A DNA stretch of 64,000 nucleotides, from IMG/VR virus record IMGVR_UViG_3300036892_000014, positions 19,882-83,881 of that record. One strand, 5' to 3'. Each line of letters begins with the position of its first letter. Positions within the stretch are counted from its first letter, which is position 1. Positions 1 to 8,911 of this stretch are shown here, in pieces. The notes below the pieces were generated by a model that did not search any database, was not told the DNA's origin, and saw only the letters and a program-made list of their open reading frames with translations. Position numbers and translations under genes: made by a program. Source of the stretch: a virus.

Positions 1-331
1 CGACGTTGGGGATGTATCCAAGATCAAAGATAAAGACGAAGCGGATAAAGTAATTCATCACCACCAAGATAATCCGGATGAACCCATCCCTGGCGGCGAA
101 TCTATTAATCATTTTGACCGCAGGATTGAACCGGAGTTGATGAAGGGCATCGGCACTTACTACAAAACGGGGTTGCCGTCGATCTTCTCCATTCATCACA
201 GTGTTCAGCACACAGCAGGAAAGATTTTTAATAATGACAAGGATTCCGCGTTGACTCATCCAGGTGGGGTAGTAGCAGTTTACAAAGATTCAAATGGCTT
301 TCGGGCCGTTCCGATTTTTAAACCGGAATAA
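1..331 (+). CDS. Histidine phosphatase (phosphoglycerate mutase-like) family protein, 5'-partial
   Basis: Frame is open from nt 2: DVGDVSKIKDKDEADKVIHHHQDNPDEPIPGGESINHFDRRI...SIHHSV. The PGGES motif and later HHS motif are typical of the family. The N-terminal RHG motif lies outside the window. Confidence 0.55.
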   Translation, partial: DVGDVSKIKDKDEADKVIHHHQDNPDEPIPGGESINHFDRRIEPELMKGIGTYYKTGLPSIFSIHHSVQHTAGKIFNNDKDSALTHPGGVVAVYKDSNGFRAVPIFKPE

Positions 332-346
332 TTTTAGGAGTCAGTC

Positions 347-652
347 ATGGCAAAGAAGCACCCGTTCAGTCATACTGTGGTTGAACACCACAAAGACGGA
401 AGTCACACCGTCCACCACATTCATGAGAAGCACGGTCATCAACACACCGCGCCTGTTCGTGAAGGCGATGTGAAGGGTGCGGCAGGCGGTCACGATGAGA
501 TGATGGATCACATGATGGATCACACCTCTGAGCCGAACCCGGGCGAGGCAGAAGCGGCAGCGGGTCCAGCAGGCGCAGCACCAGCGGCAGCAGCCCCGGC
601 AGCACCAGCGGCAGCACCGATGGGCGCGTCGTCAACCGGCGCAGGACAGTAA
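347..652 (+). CDS. His-rich hypothetical protein with Ala/Pro-rich tail
   Basis: AGGAG SD before ATG; HHKDGSHTVHHIHEKHGHQH. Confidence 0.7.
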   Translation: MAKKHPFSHTVVEHHKDGSHTVHHIHEKHGHQHTAPVREGDVKGAAGGHDEMMDHMMDHTSEPNPGEAEAAAGPAGAAPAAAAPAAPAAAPMGASSTGAGQ

Positions 653-691
653 CATCGGACATTCCTCGGCCCATTACCGAGGCGCAGACTC

Positions 692-736
692 GTGGGCGTG
701 CCTAACTCACGCCCGCAGTCGCATTCTAGTTAGGAG
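692..736 (+). promoter_or_regulatory. Hairpin whose loop is complementary to the downstream SD (putative translational-repression pseudoknot)
   Basis: Stem GTGGGCGTG(692-700)/CACGCCCGC(708-716); loop CCTAACT(701-707) is complementary to AGTTAGG(728-734), which overlaps SD AGGAG. Confidence 0.55.
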
Positions 737-742
737 AAAGAT

Positions 743-921
743 ATGCCTGTTAAGGGTCAGATTAATCCTGCGATTCGAGATCAGCGAACTATTTGGATGA
801 GTCTAAGGAAATGAGATTAGAACCAACAACCGAGGATTTTACGGTTGCTTCGAAATTATTGCAGGAGCACTTAAATGGCAAAGCACAATGCGTCCCTATA
901 CAGGGCGATGCATCAACTTAG
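743..921 (+). pseudogene. Probable internally deleted endonuclease VII-type homing endonuclease remnant
   Basis: Strong SD and ATG743, but the frame stops at 814. The shifted frame reads RSANYLDES..., resembling the AxxYL C-terminus of EndoVII proteins. Same upstream pseudoknot as the intact EndoVII gene at 8912. Confidence 0.4.
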
Positions 922-1063
922 AAAAGGAAATTTGCATAAGCATCTTGGTATTCCTGAAGGTAACTCTATTCCCGCTGAGAAATTAGAAGTCTCTCCGAAT
1001 GATAGTGAACACGTCAAGCATATGAAGAATTTTGCAAAAACCATGTCAGGATTTAAACACTAA
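875..1063 (+). CDS. Small hypothetical phage protein
   Basis: AGGAG SD; KGNLHKHLGIPEG..IP; stop overlaps next start (TAATG). Confidence 0.7.
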   Translation: MAKHNASLYRAMHQLRKGNLHKHLGIPEGNSIPAEKLEVSPNDSEHVKHMKNFAKTMSGFKH

Positions 1064-1290
1064 TGTGGAGTTTAATTAAGTCAACAGTCCTCGACAACGA
1101 TGGCACTGTAAATCCAGCGCACATCATCACTATAGCATTGACTGCGGCAATCATCGCCTGGGGTACTCACGTGGCAATTCACACGCACGCAATGCCTGAA
1201 CTAACCGGAGCAGCGGCTCTTCTAGGCGGGGGCGCAGCCGTGAACGTTGCGCACAAGGCTGAAGACATCGTCGCAAAGATCAAGGAGTAA
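1063..1290 (+). CDS. Small two-TM membrane protein, holin-like
   Basis: Two hydrophobic segments and a charged C-terminus, 75 aa. Confidence 0.45.
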   Translation: MWSLIKSTVLDNDGTVNPAHIITIALTAAIIAWGTHVAIHTHAMPELTGAAALLGGGAAVNVAHKAEDIVAKIKE

Positions 1291-1292
1291 CC

Positions 1293-1559
1293 ATGCCACA
1301 GCAAGACGATGGCGGTGTAGCAGCAAAGCTTGCAGAAGCCAAGGCTGCTTTGACGGGCGCATCGAATTCTAACGTATCACCAACGAAGTCACCTTACGCA
1401 CCGCCGCCGTCGTACGCAGCGCCGCACGCGATAAGGAAGGGTGGTGGCCCTAAGCCCCCAGCGCCTAAGCCAGGCGTATCGGGGGAAGTAGAGTCAGCCG
1501 CCGCAGGCCTAGCAGCAAAGCAAAAGAATGTTGACGACTACAAAGCCGCCAACCAATAA
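1293..1559 (+). CDS. Hypothetical Pro/Ala-rich protein
   Basis: AGGAG SD; operonic spacing. Confidence 0.65.
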   Translation: MPQQDDGGVAAKLAEAKAALTGASNSNVSPTKSPYAPPPSYAAPHAIRKGGGPKPPAPKPGVSGEVESAAAGLAAKQKNVDDYKAANQ

Positions 1560-1571
1560 GTTGGAGGCTCA

Positions 1572-3848
1572 ATGCCTATTACAGGAATCGAAAAGGACCG
1601 CTTAAATTTTGTTGACGAGCGCGTTCGTACGCAGAAGGCTATATGGCCTGGAATCGTCGAGAAGTGGGATGCTGAAGCGAATGGAAAGCGCTACAAGTCC
1701 GAAGTCCTTTCGATGAAGGCGTTGTGGAACCTGTATGTGGGTGGCAATCCGGAACAGTTGACCGAGGAAGAAGAGGCTCGCGGTAAGAAGCCATTAAAGA
1801 AAAAAACCGGGTACGAAGTCATCCCGATCAAAGCGTTTGAGTTGCCTGGGCGATTTAACGAGAAGGGTCGCAAGCGCGACGACACCTTGATTCACACGGG
1901 TGTCAATGGCTATCTCCACTTCAATCAGTGGTTGATGGCTCGCGATCAGGCGCGTAAGGATTTGTTCTGGTTCGGAAAAGAAGTCTTCCACATGGACTTC
2001 GAGCCTGAAGTGCATCAAGTAACCTGCAATCAGTTCGTGCAGAAAGATTTTGATGGCGTTTGGGTAGAAGATTATGGCCAGAAAGAATTTAAAGTAGCTA
2101 TGGCAAGTCAGACTCGTATTCCTAGAGTGTGGGTGCAGGCTGACGAGTACGAAAAGAATTCCTTGCGAGACATCGGGTACTATATGCCCGACCCAATAGA
2201 AGCGGAGAAAGGTCCTAACCTTGCCCGCACTATGATTTTGTTGGACCCTCGTGGGTTCTTCAAGTCATACACAGACGCGCTAGATTGCGTCCAGTGGATT
2301 ATCAACTGCCCAGACATTCGTATCCTCATCATGAGCGGTACGTATAAGTTGACATTGCAGTTCCTTGCCAACGCAAAGGGTAAGTTCTATCTTCCACGTG
2401 GACTACGTCCGACTTACTTTCATTTACTGTTCCCAGAATATGTTATTCGAGGGGTTGACGGTGATTCGAAAGAGCCTTTGATTCTCGACCCGACACTGCG
2501 CCGACTAGAGTCCCAAGACCCGACGTTGGGAATCATGTCTATCGGATCGTCATTGTCCGGGTTCCACTGCGACGTGTTAAAGTTCGACGATATCGTCACA
2601 GACGAGAATTGCAACACGGATGAGACCAGAGAAGGACTGAAGGACAAGGCCGACGGCGCGGTCAACTTGCGCATGCCGTGGGGCTGGACGGATATCATCG
2701 GGACGCGCTACTTCCCAGATGACTATTACGGACTACTCTTGGACAAGTTCAAAGAAAGTCCAGAAGATTTTAACCTGAAGTTTTTTACCCGCGCTGCATG
2801 GGTAGTTAAGCCTGAGTTCAAAGACGTAGAAGAAAGAAGTTTGTTTGAACTGAAAGAGGATATGGTTGATCTGACCTTTCCACAGCATAAGTCATGGAAG
2901 AGTCTTCGTCAGGACTTGAAGAACGAGAAAAGTTTTCGCTGCCAGCAACTTAACCAACCTGTCTGGGGAAACGAGAACAGCGTCAAGTTTGATCGCGGCG
3001 TGTTGGAAGCGCACAGAGGTGTTAAACTATTGGCCGAAGTGGTCATGGCACCCGGAAAAGTTTACGGTGCTATTGACCTAGCGCGTGAGAACAAACAGTT
3101 CTCAGACTTCACGGCACTTGCTGTCGGAAAAGTCTATCAAGAAGGTTCGATCCCGATTCTTACACCAGAGCAAGCCGCAGCGTCAGTGCGGCTAGAAGGA
3201 AAGTGGATTCTGGTCGTCCTCGATGTGCAATTTGGGAAGTGGTCTCAGACGGAGATCGCGGCTAGGATTGCAAAGATGCATGACGTATGGCGTCCTTCGC
3301 AGTGGTACGGCGAGGATACCGGCGGCATTCAGCTATTGAAGGAAAAGATTGTAGACGTATCCAAAACGACGTACGGCCATTGGCCGTATATTGATTGGAG
3401 AACGCCGGATAATTCCGAGAATGCAAAGCGAGGCCGCATCAAAGGCCTTGAGATGCTTCTTACCACCGATAGACTGTTCTTTTTGACGGGCGGGTGGAAT
3501 TCGGAAGTGTTCGAACAACTTGAGAAATATAAAGGACAGAAGAGTACGCGCTTCTTTAAGGATGACGTACCTGATGTTCTATCTCAGTTGGCTAATAAAT
3601 ATATTCCGAGCATCATTCAGAAGTCGAAAAAAGAATTGATCGAGGAAGCTAGTCAGAGGGAAGCCCAGTATAGGGAGTATCTTCGTCGCGAGGTCAAGAG
3701 ACAGATTTACGGCGAGGATAACGGGGGCTTCGGCATGGCAGCACCCAGTCAATCATATTGGTACAATGAGCCTCCCCCACAGCAGCCGTCATCGCCAGTG
3801 AGTGAGATTGCACGAAAGTTGTTTGGCGGCAATGGGATGAGGGGATAA
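1572..3848 (+). CDS. terL: Terminase large subunit
   Basis: Walker A-like LLDPRGFFKS, Walker B GFHCDVLKFDDIV, coupling motif IGTRY, RNase H-like nuclease AIDLA..SDFTA...DDVPDVLS; directly upstream of portal. Confidence 0.9.
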   Translation: MPITGIEKDRLNFVDERVRTQKAIWPGIVEKWDAEANGKRYKSEVLSMKALWNLYVGGNPEQLTEEEEARGKKPLKKKTGYEVIPIKAFELPGRFNEKGRKRDDTLIHTGVNGYLHFNQWLMARDQARKDLFWFGKEVFHMDFEPEVHQVTCNQFVQKDFDGVWVEDYGQKEFKVAMASQTRIPRVWVQADEYEKNSLRDIGYYMPDPIEAEKGPNLARTMILLDPRGFFKSYTDALDCVQWIINCPDIRILIMSGTYKLTLQFLANAKGKFYLPRGLRPTYFHLLFPEYVIRGVDGDSKEPLILDPTLRRLESQDPTLGIMSIGSSLSGFHCDVLKFDDIVTDENCNTDETREGLKDKADGAVNLRMPWGWTDIIGTRYFPDDYYGLLLDKFKESPEDFNLKFFTRAAWVVKPEFKDVEERSLFELKEDMVDLTFPQHKSWKSLRQDLKNEKSFRCQQLNQPVWGNENSVKFDRGVLEAHRGVKLLAEVVMAPGKVYGAIDLARENKQFSDFTALAVGKVYQEGSIPILTPEQAAASVRLEGKWILVVLDVQFGKWSQTEIAARIAKMHDVWRPSQWYGEDTGGIQLLKEKIVDVSKTTYGHWPYIDWRTPDNSENAKRGRIKGLEMLLTTDRLFFLTGGWNSEVFEQLEKYKGQKSTRFFKDDVPDVLSQLANKYIPSIIQKSKKELIEEASQREAQYREYLRREVKRQIYGEDNGGFGMAAPSQSYWYNEPPPQQPSSPVSEIARKLFGGNGMRG

Positions 3849-5963
3849 ATGTCGGAACCGCTAAATAATCAGGCAGCGTTGATACTTGGGAATCGCGAGG
3901 TTACCGCTGCGGATCAGATTACGTCAGAGAACATACACAAGGATAAGGATACTGGTACCTTCCTGTATGATGACCAAGCGGCTCTGAAGTTAGTTATTAA
4001 CGATGCGGCAATGGCGGACAACTACGCCAACGTCAATCAGTGGGCCAGCACTTGGACGCAGTCAGCGATTATTTTGCAGAGTCCAGCGAGCGCTTCGGCG
4101 TTCGACGGCGGCAACATAGCGCAGGCTAACGTTCCCAAGTTCACGTTATCGAACCACATAAGTGAGATAGTGCCGAAGATTATGGAAGGACTCTTTTATG
4201 AAGACCCTCCGTTTCTTCTTCGCCCGCGCCCGGGTACAAAACAGGAAATAGTCCGTTCAAAGACGGCACTGTTCTCTGCGCAATTGTGGGACATGCAGTT
4301 CAAGGTTGAGATGGAGCGTGGCCTTGAACAGATGGCGCTACTCGGCACCACAGTATTTAAGTGGGGCTACTTAGAGCGTCCCGTTAAATTGAAGCAGTTT
4401 CGCCGTAAGCAGGAACAGTTGCAACTTAATACATCTGTTCCAACTGACCCGATTAACACACCGGATTCTGACGCTTACGAAATGTTTATCCTCGACGAAG
4501 TGGAATCACGTCCGTGGATAAAGTACTGTGATATTCGTACTGTATTGGTTGAGCCAGGATGCCGTTACGGCGATATCCGTCGCGCAAAGTGGGTAGTATA
4601 TCGCGACTTTGCTACATATGATGATTTGAACACGCTGCGCAATGTTCCAGGCTACGATATCCCCGACGAGAAAACGTTGAGGGCGTTGTTCATGTCTGGT
4701 GCGACAACGGGTGCTGACAACATTACCATGACCATCCCAGAAGGGATGCGTGGTTATTTGCAGCAAGCGTTGCCACGTAGCTTCAGGAGTTCGACTGATG
4801 AGTTGCAGAACTCGTTGGAAATTCTTGAGCGCTGGGACAATGATAAGGTTATTGTCGCGCTTACCTTCAATGGTAAGCACATACTGATTCGTAACGAACT
4901 CAACCCGTACGGAAAGATTCCGTTCCTTTCGGCCAACTGGCGCAACCTGCCAGACAGTTTTTACGGACAAGGCCTAGGCCAGCTAATCGGAAGCGAGCAA
5001 ATCGTGGAGCAGGGAGTTACCAACCTTGCGCTCGATCTACTTGCTTATGGATTGCAGCCGACAGCCATTCGTAAGAAGGGCTTCAACGTTCCGACACAGA
5101 TGACCCGTTGGAAGCAAGGCGGAATCATCGACGTTGACGACGACGTTGACAAGGCTTTTAAGTTTATGACCATGCCTCCCGTACCGAGCGAGGCTTGGCA
5201 ATTCATTAACCAGGCAAAGCAGGATGCGGCTGGAACATCAGGTTCAAACGAAATCGTAGGCCAGGGCGGCACCGTCGGTGGTGGTCGCGGCACCGGAATG
5301 CGTTCGGGTACCGGAGCGGCAGCCGTTGTTCAGGCTAATGCTAGCCGACTTGACGGCCCGACCACACGCGTGATTGAGCAGGTTTTTGAACCGTGGCTTT
5401 ACCAGATGGATCAGTTGAATAATGAACTGCTTCCGACCAGTGTCCTCCGTCGTGTATTGGGCGAGGAAATGGGCAATGACTACTTGCAAGATCACATTGA
5501 ATTTCGCAATGCGAAGTTTCAGTATGAAGTTCTTGCAGGAGCGCATCTCGGGGCCAAGAAAGAAATGGCTCAGGCGTTGCCAGTCATCATTCAACTTTTG
5601 AATAACCCGACGTTCGTGAAGAACGTTAATGACGGGCACTATCAGTTCGACGCGGTTGCAATCTTCAAGGCGTTTACGGATGCGGCAGGTTGGAAGTTCT
5701 CTCAAGAATTCCTACGCCCGATGACACCAGAAGAAACACAACGCTATGAAGCGAATTCGCCAGCGGCACTTCAGCAGCAACAGTTGAAGGCGCAGCAGAA
5801 TCAGGCGCAGCAAAAGTTCCAACAGGAACAGCAATTAGAAGATCAAAAGCAACTCGGAAAGGCGGGAGCAGAAGTTCTTCGCGCAACAACTGAGCACAGC
5901 TTGTCTTCTGAAGATACGGGAGAACCGGGCAATCAAGGTTTCGGTTCGGAAGTTTCCGTTTAA
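3849..5963 (+). CDS. Portal protein
   Basis: 704 aa between terminase and scaffold; NPYGKIPF..SFYGQGLG motif; Gln-rich C-terminal coiled coil like the P22-type barrel. Confidence 0.85.
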   Translation: MSEPLNNQAALILGNREVTAADQITSENIHKDKDTGTFLYDDQAALKLVINDAAMADNYANVNQWASTWTQSAIILQSPASASAFDGGNIAQANVPKFTLSNHISEIVPKIMEGLFYEDPPFLLRPRPGTKQEIVRSKTALFSAQLWDMQFKVEMERGLEQMALLGTTVFKWGYLERPVKLKQFRRKQEQLQLNTSVPTDPINTPDSDAYEMFILDEVESRPWIKYCDIRTVLVEPGCRYGDIRRAKWVVYRDFATYDDLNTLRNVPGYDIPDEKTLRALFMSGATTGADNITMTIPEGMRGYLQQALPRSFRSSTDELQNSLEILERWDNDKVIVALTFNGKHILIRNELNPYGKIPFLSANWRNLPDSFYGQGLGQLIGSEQIVEQGVTNLALDLLAYGLQPTAIRKKGFNVPTQMTRWKQGGIIDVDDDVDKAFKFMTMPPVPSEAWQFINQAKQDAAGTSGSNEIVGQGGTVGGGRGTGMRSGTGAAAVVQANASRLDGPTTRVIEQVFEPWLYQMDQLNNELLPTSVLRRVLGEEMGNDYLQDHIEFRNAKFQYEVLAGAHLGAKKEMAQALPVIIQLLNNPTFVKNVNDGHYQFDAVAIFKAFTDAAGWKFSQEFLRPMTPEETQRYEANSPAALQQQQLKAQQNQAQQKFQQEQQLEDQKQLGKAGAEVLRATTEHSLSSEDTGEPGNQGFGSEVSV

Positions 5964-5978
5964 CCAATAAGGAATAGC

Positions 5979-6314
5979 ATGCCTACACCACTAATGTTTG
6001 ATGAACTAAATGCAACTGAGCGCGTTAATCTCGCGGGACTCCAACAGCATCCAGGATATGCAGTTCTGGAGAAGTTGATGATGTCCGCTTGCCGTCGCGC
6101 CACTGAATTAGTTATCGCATTGGACCCGACCGCGGAGGACTACGAGCGTAAGCTACGAGTCCTTCAAAGTCTTGCTCGCGAACGAAGTCAATTTTGTACG
6201 TTGGTCTTGAAGTCTGTAGCCTGGCAAGTTGATTATGAAGCCGAGTTACAGAAGAAAGAGAAGCCAACAGACAAGCCAGAACGTAATCCAATACTGAAGG
6301 GGATGCCACAATGA
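5979..6314 (+). CDS. Hypothetical protein in the head module after the portal
   Basis: Helical 111-aa ORF, HPGY motif, overlaps next gene (ATGA). Confidence 0.7.
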   Translation: MPTPLMFDELNATERVNLAGLQQHPGYAVLEKLMMSACRRATELVIALDPTAEDYERKLRVLQSLARERSQFCTLVLKSVAWQVDYEAELQKKEKPTDKPERNPILKGMPQ

Positions 6315-7531
6315 GTGATCTAGCACCTACGCCACAAAGCATTGATATGGCCATGATCCGCGGATGGGACGCGGCGACCATGAAGAGATATATGGCTGGC
6401 CCGTTACGTGCTACCATATTTGAAGTGATCTCGAACGCTGAGACTGCTAGGCAGGAACAAGCGGCTGCTGCACAGACGGAACTGGCGCAAGCCCCTCCTG
6501 TTGTCGGTGAGCCCGCAACTACGGATGTTGCCGAAGTAGAGCGTGTTCGCGCACAGCGTGTTGCCGAAGAAGCGCAGCGCGTTGAAGCACAGCGTCTCGA
6601 AGCAGAAGCTGTCGCTGCGCAAGTACCAAAAAAGATCGTTCTTGAATATCAAGTGACAGATGAGAGCGGGAACGCCATCGGGCGTCCGACTCATCTTGAA
6701 GCCACCAGCCATGAAGAAATGGTTGCGAAGGTTAAGGAAGCGCACATACAAGCAACGCGTGCGTTTAATCGCTTGAAGAGTCAGAAAGTACAATCCCTGA
6801 AAGAGGCAACCGCGTCAGGACAGATCGTGACGCCTCCCCAGGCTGCTCCGAGCATGTCCGATGAGGAAATGATCGCAGCCATTAAGGCACTAAAGTCAGA
6901 CGACCCGAAGGTCGCCTTGGAAGCTCACAGAAAGTTGCAAGCGGATGAACTAGCCAAGCAGAAGGCTGTATCCGATGCGGAACTCGCTAGAGTAAATGAA
7001 GATCGTCGCCAAGAAAAAGTCAGCCATGGTTTCTTGAACGATCACAAACACGATTTTAATCCGTGCGAAGCGAACATTAATCTGATTCGTGATTACTTCC
7101 AAGAAAATCAATTACCTTGGACACGCGATAATCTAGAAGTAGCTTTGCTCGCTAAGTCATCAGAGTTGGCTGGAGTTGTACAGCCAACAGCGCCTGTCGC
7201 CCCTAATCCGGTTCCGACAGCAACGCTACCCGCAGCAGCGGTAACAACTACAGTAGCGGTCCCGCCAGTGCAGGCGGCTCCGACTGCGACGGTCGCAGCA
7301 ATTCCTCCGGCAAATCCGGCAGTGATTGTTCCGAGACCGGGCGTTAACGCAGGAGTAGTTCCCGGTGAGACCTCAGGGTCGCGCCCGACAGGAACGACTT
7401 CGAGCGGCATAACGGTAGCAGAGATTACTTCATGGGATGCTAAGACGATGCGTGAGAAGATGCGTAATCCGCAGCTTCGAGCCCAAATACAGGCAGTCAT
7501 CGCAGCCAACCCCACGAATAAGTTTCGCTAA
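6311..7531 (+). CDS. Capsid scaffolding protein
   Basis: Ala/Glu/Gln-rich coiled coil, Pro/Ala/Thr linker and short C-terminal helical motif; immediately upstream of the capsid gene. Confidence 0.7.
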   Translation: MSDLAPTPQSIDMAMIRGWDAATMKRYMAGPLRATIFEVISNAETARQEQAAAAQTELAQAPPVVGEPATTDVAEVERVRAQRVAEEAQRVEAQRLEAEAVAAQVPKKIVLEYQVTDESGNAIGRPTHLEATSHEEMVAKVKEAHIQATRAFNRLKSQKVQSLKEATASGQIVTPPQAAPSMSDEEMIAAIKALKSDDPKVALEAHRKLQADELAKQKAVSDAELARVNEDRRQEKVSHGFLNDHKHDFNPCEANINLIRDYFQENQLPWTRDNLEVALLAKSSELAGVVQPTAPVAPNPVPTATLPAAAVTTTVAVPPVQAAPTATVAAIPPANPAVIVPRPGVNAGVVPGETSGSRPTGTTSSGITVAEITSWDAKTMREKMRNPQLRAQIQAVIAANPTNKFR

Positions 7532-7578
7532 AGAGTCCCAGCGAAGTCTGAAGACTAAGGGGCACACGGAGGCTTGCT

Positions 7579-8820
7579 ATGGCAGGCTCACCGAATCCGT
7601 CAGCAGCAAATGTAGGAAATATACTGACGGCGCAAAGCATTATGTTTGATAAGGAACTCATCCCGAACTTGAAGGGAGAAACGGATGCGTTCATCGTAGC
7701 AGCAGAAAAGCGTGTACAGCCGAACGGCGTTGGTATCAACCGCCAGTTCTTCCAGTACAACACTTTGACTGGTGATACGACACAGGTAGGAGACGGAGTT
7801 GTTGGCTCACCGGAATTCGTCGGTCAGATCAGCGCCCCGGCTCAGTTGGGCGAATGGAACAACTACACGAACTTCAGTTCGTTCGTAATTGCTTCAGCGC
7901 TTGACGACCTAGTGGGTAATTCCGCAGTCGAACTAGCCTACCAGGCTGGTCAGAGCATTTCCGAGTTGTACAGCGCCGTAGCAGACAGTGCTGGTCTAGC
8001 CTCAGTGGACACACAGGTTAACCAGAGCGCTTTGCTAGCATCGCCTTACACATTGGACTTGGCAACTGTACGTGAATTGAAGCAGCAGCTTGTTTCAAAG
8101 AACGTACTGCCGAACCGCAATGGTAAGTTCGCAGGCGTTGTATCTTCTAACGTGTTGGGCGACATCTTCAACGCAACGACAGTGAACAACTCAATCGTTG
8201 ACTTGTGGAAGTACGCAAACATCGAGAAGTTCGACAAGATCGCTGGTGCAGACCAGAAGATGGACATCGAACTCCCGGGAACGAACATCGTGCTTCGTCA
8301 GACGCCGTTCGTAACCACGACCGCTAACTACGCTGGCTCAGGTAAGATTTCTTACCGTACCTACGTAATGGGACAGTATGCCTTGATCGGCATCTGGCAG
8401 CAAGTTGGTGGAGACACCGACTTGGGTGACGGAGACTGGCGCACAATCGACTGCAAGGTCGTAGAGAGCGCACCGGCATCAGCATTTGATCCGACGGGAA
8501 CAATCGGTGGATAAAGAGTACTGTCCACTTTAAATTTTCTCTGATTGACTTGAACGCTGAAAAGCCAACAAGGGGCAAGCCGAAAGGCAGCCTGAACGAC
8601 TAAGTGAGAAAACACCCTCTGACAAAAGGGTGATGCGATAGTCTGACCATACGGGAATCAAAACCGTATGAACCGAACAGAAATGATTCGGTACACTCTG
8701 GTGAGTGTTAACAAGAGCGGGTGCTCATATAAATTTCACCAAACAGTTTCATTGCCGCCAGCACGTGGGGCTAACACCCAGCGTATGCGCTACATTGACT
8801 CTGTCCCAGCAATTCAGTAA
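7579..8820 (+). CDS. Major capsid protein, spliced: join(7579..8512,8720..8820), 344 aa
   Basis: HK97-fold-like capsid sequence after scaffold. The unspliced ORF ends abruptly at FDPTGTIGG. Removing 8513-8719 restores T|GG (Trp) and adds WCSYKFHQTVSLPPARGANTQRMRYIDSVPAIQ*, giving a DP.G..GW motif typical of capsid C-termini. Confidence 0.85.
8513..8719 (+). ncRNA. Group I self-splicing intron (207 nt, no internal ORF) in the major capsid gene
   Basis: P1 GGTGGAT(8506-12)/GTCCACT(8523-29) with U.G at the splice site; P10 GAGTACT(8516-22)/GGTGCTC(8720-26); P3 TTTTCTC(8535-41)/GAGAAAA(8606-12); P7 GACTA(8598-8602)/TAGTC(8639-43); P8 CACCCT/AGGGTG; three P9-region hairpins; terminal G8719. Confidence 0.92.
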
Positions 8821-8863
8821 TAAACCTCTTCCCACGGGCTTATAATCCGTGGTATACTAATCA

Positions 8864-8904
8864 GGGGCATGCCAGAAACATGCCCCAGATTCTCTTTTCT
8901 GGAG
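8864..8904 (+). promoter_or_regulatory. SD-sequestering hairpin/pseudoknot upstream of the endonuclease
   Basis: Stem GGGGCATG(8864-71)/CATGCCCC(8879-86); loop CCAGAAA is complementary to TTTCTGG(8896-8902), overlapping GGAG. A TGGTATACT extended -10-like box lies just upstream. Confidence 0.55.
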
Positions 8905-8911
8905 AGTACAC

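Noticed and set aside
7540-7575. CTGAAGA as a hammerhead ribozyme core
   Set aside because: No correctly placed GAAA or three-stem junction.
8512-8514. Capsid TAA as true stop, readthrough or alternative genetic code
   Set aside because: Further in-frame stops follow, other genes use standard stops, and the group I fold with P1/P10 explains the interruption precisely.
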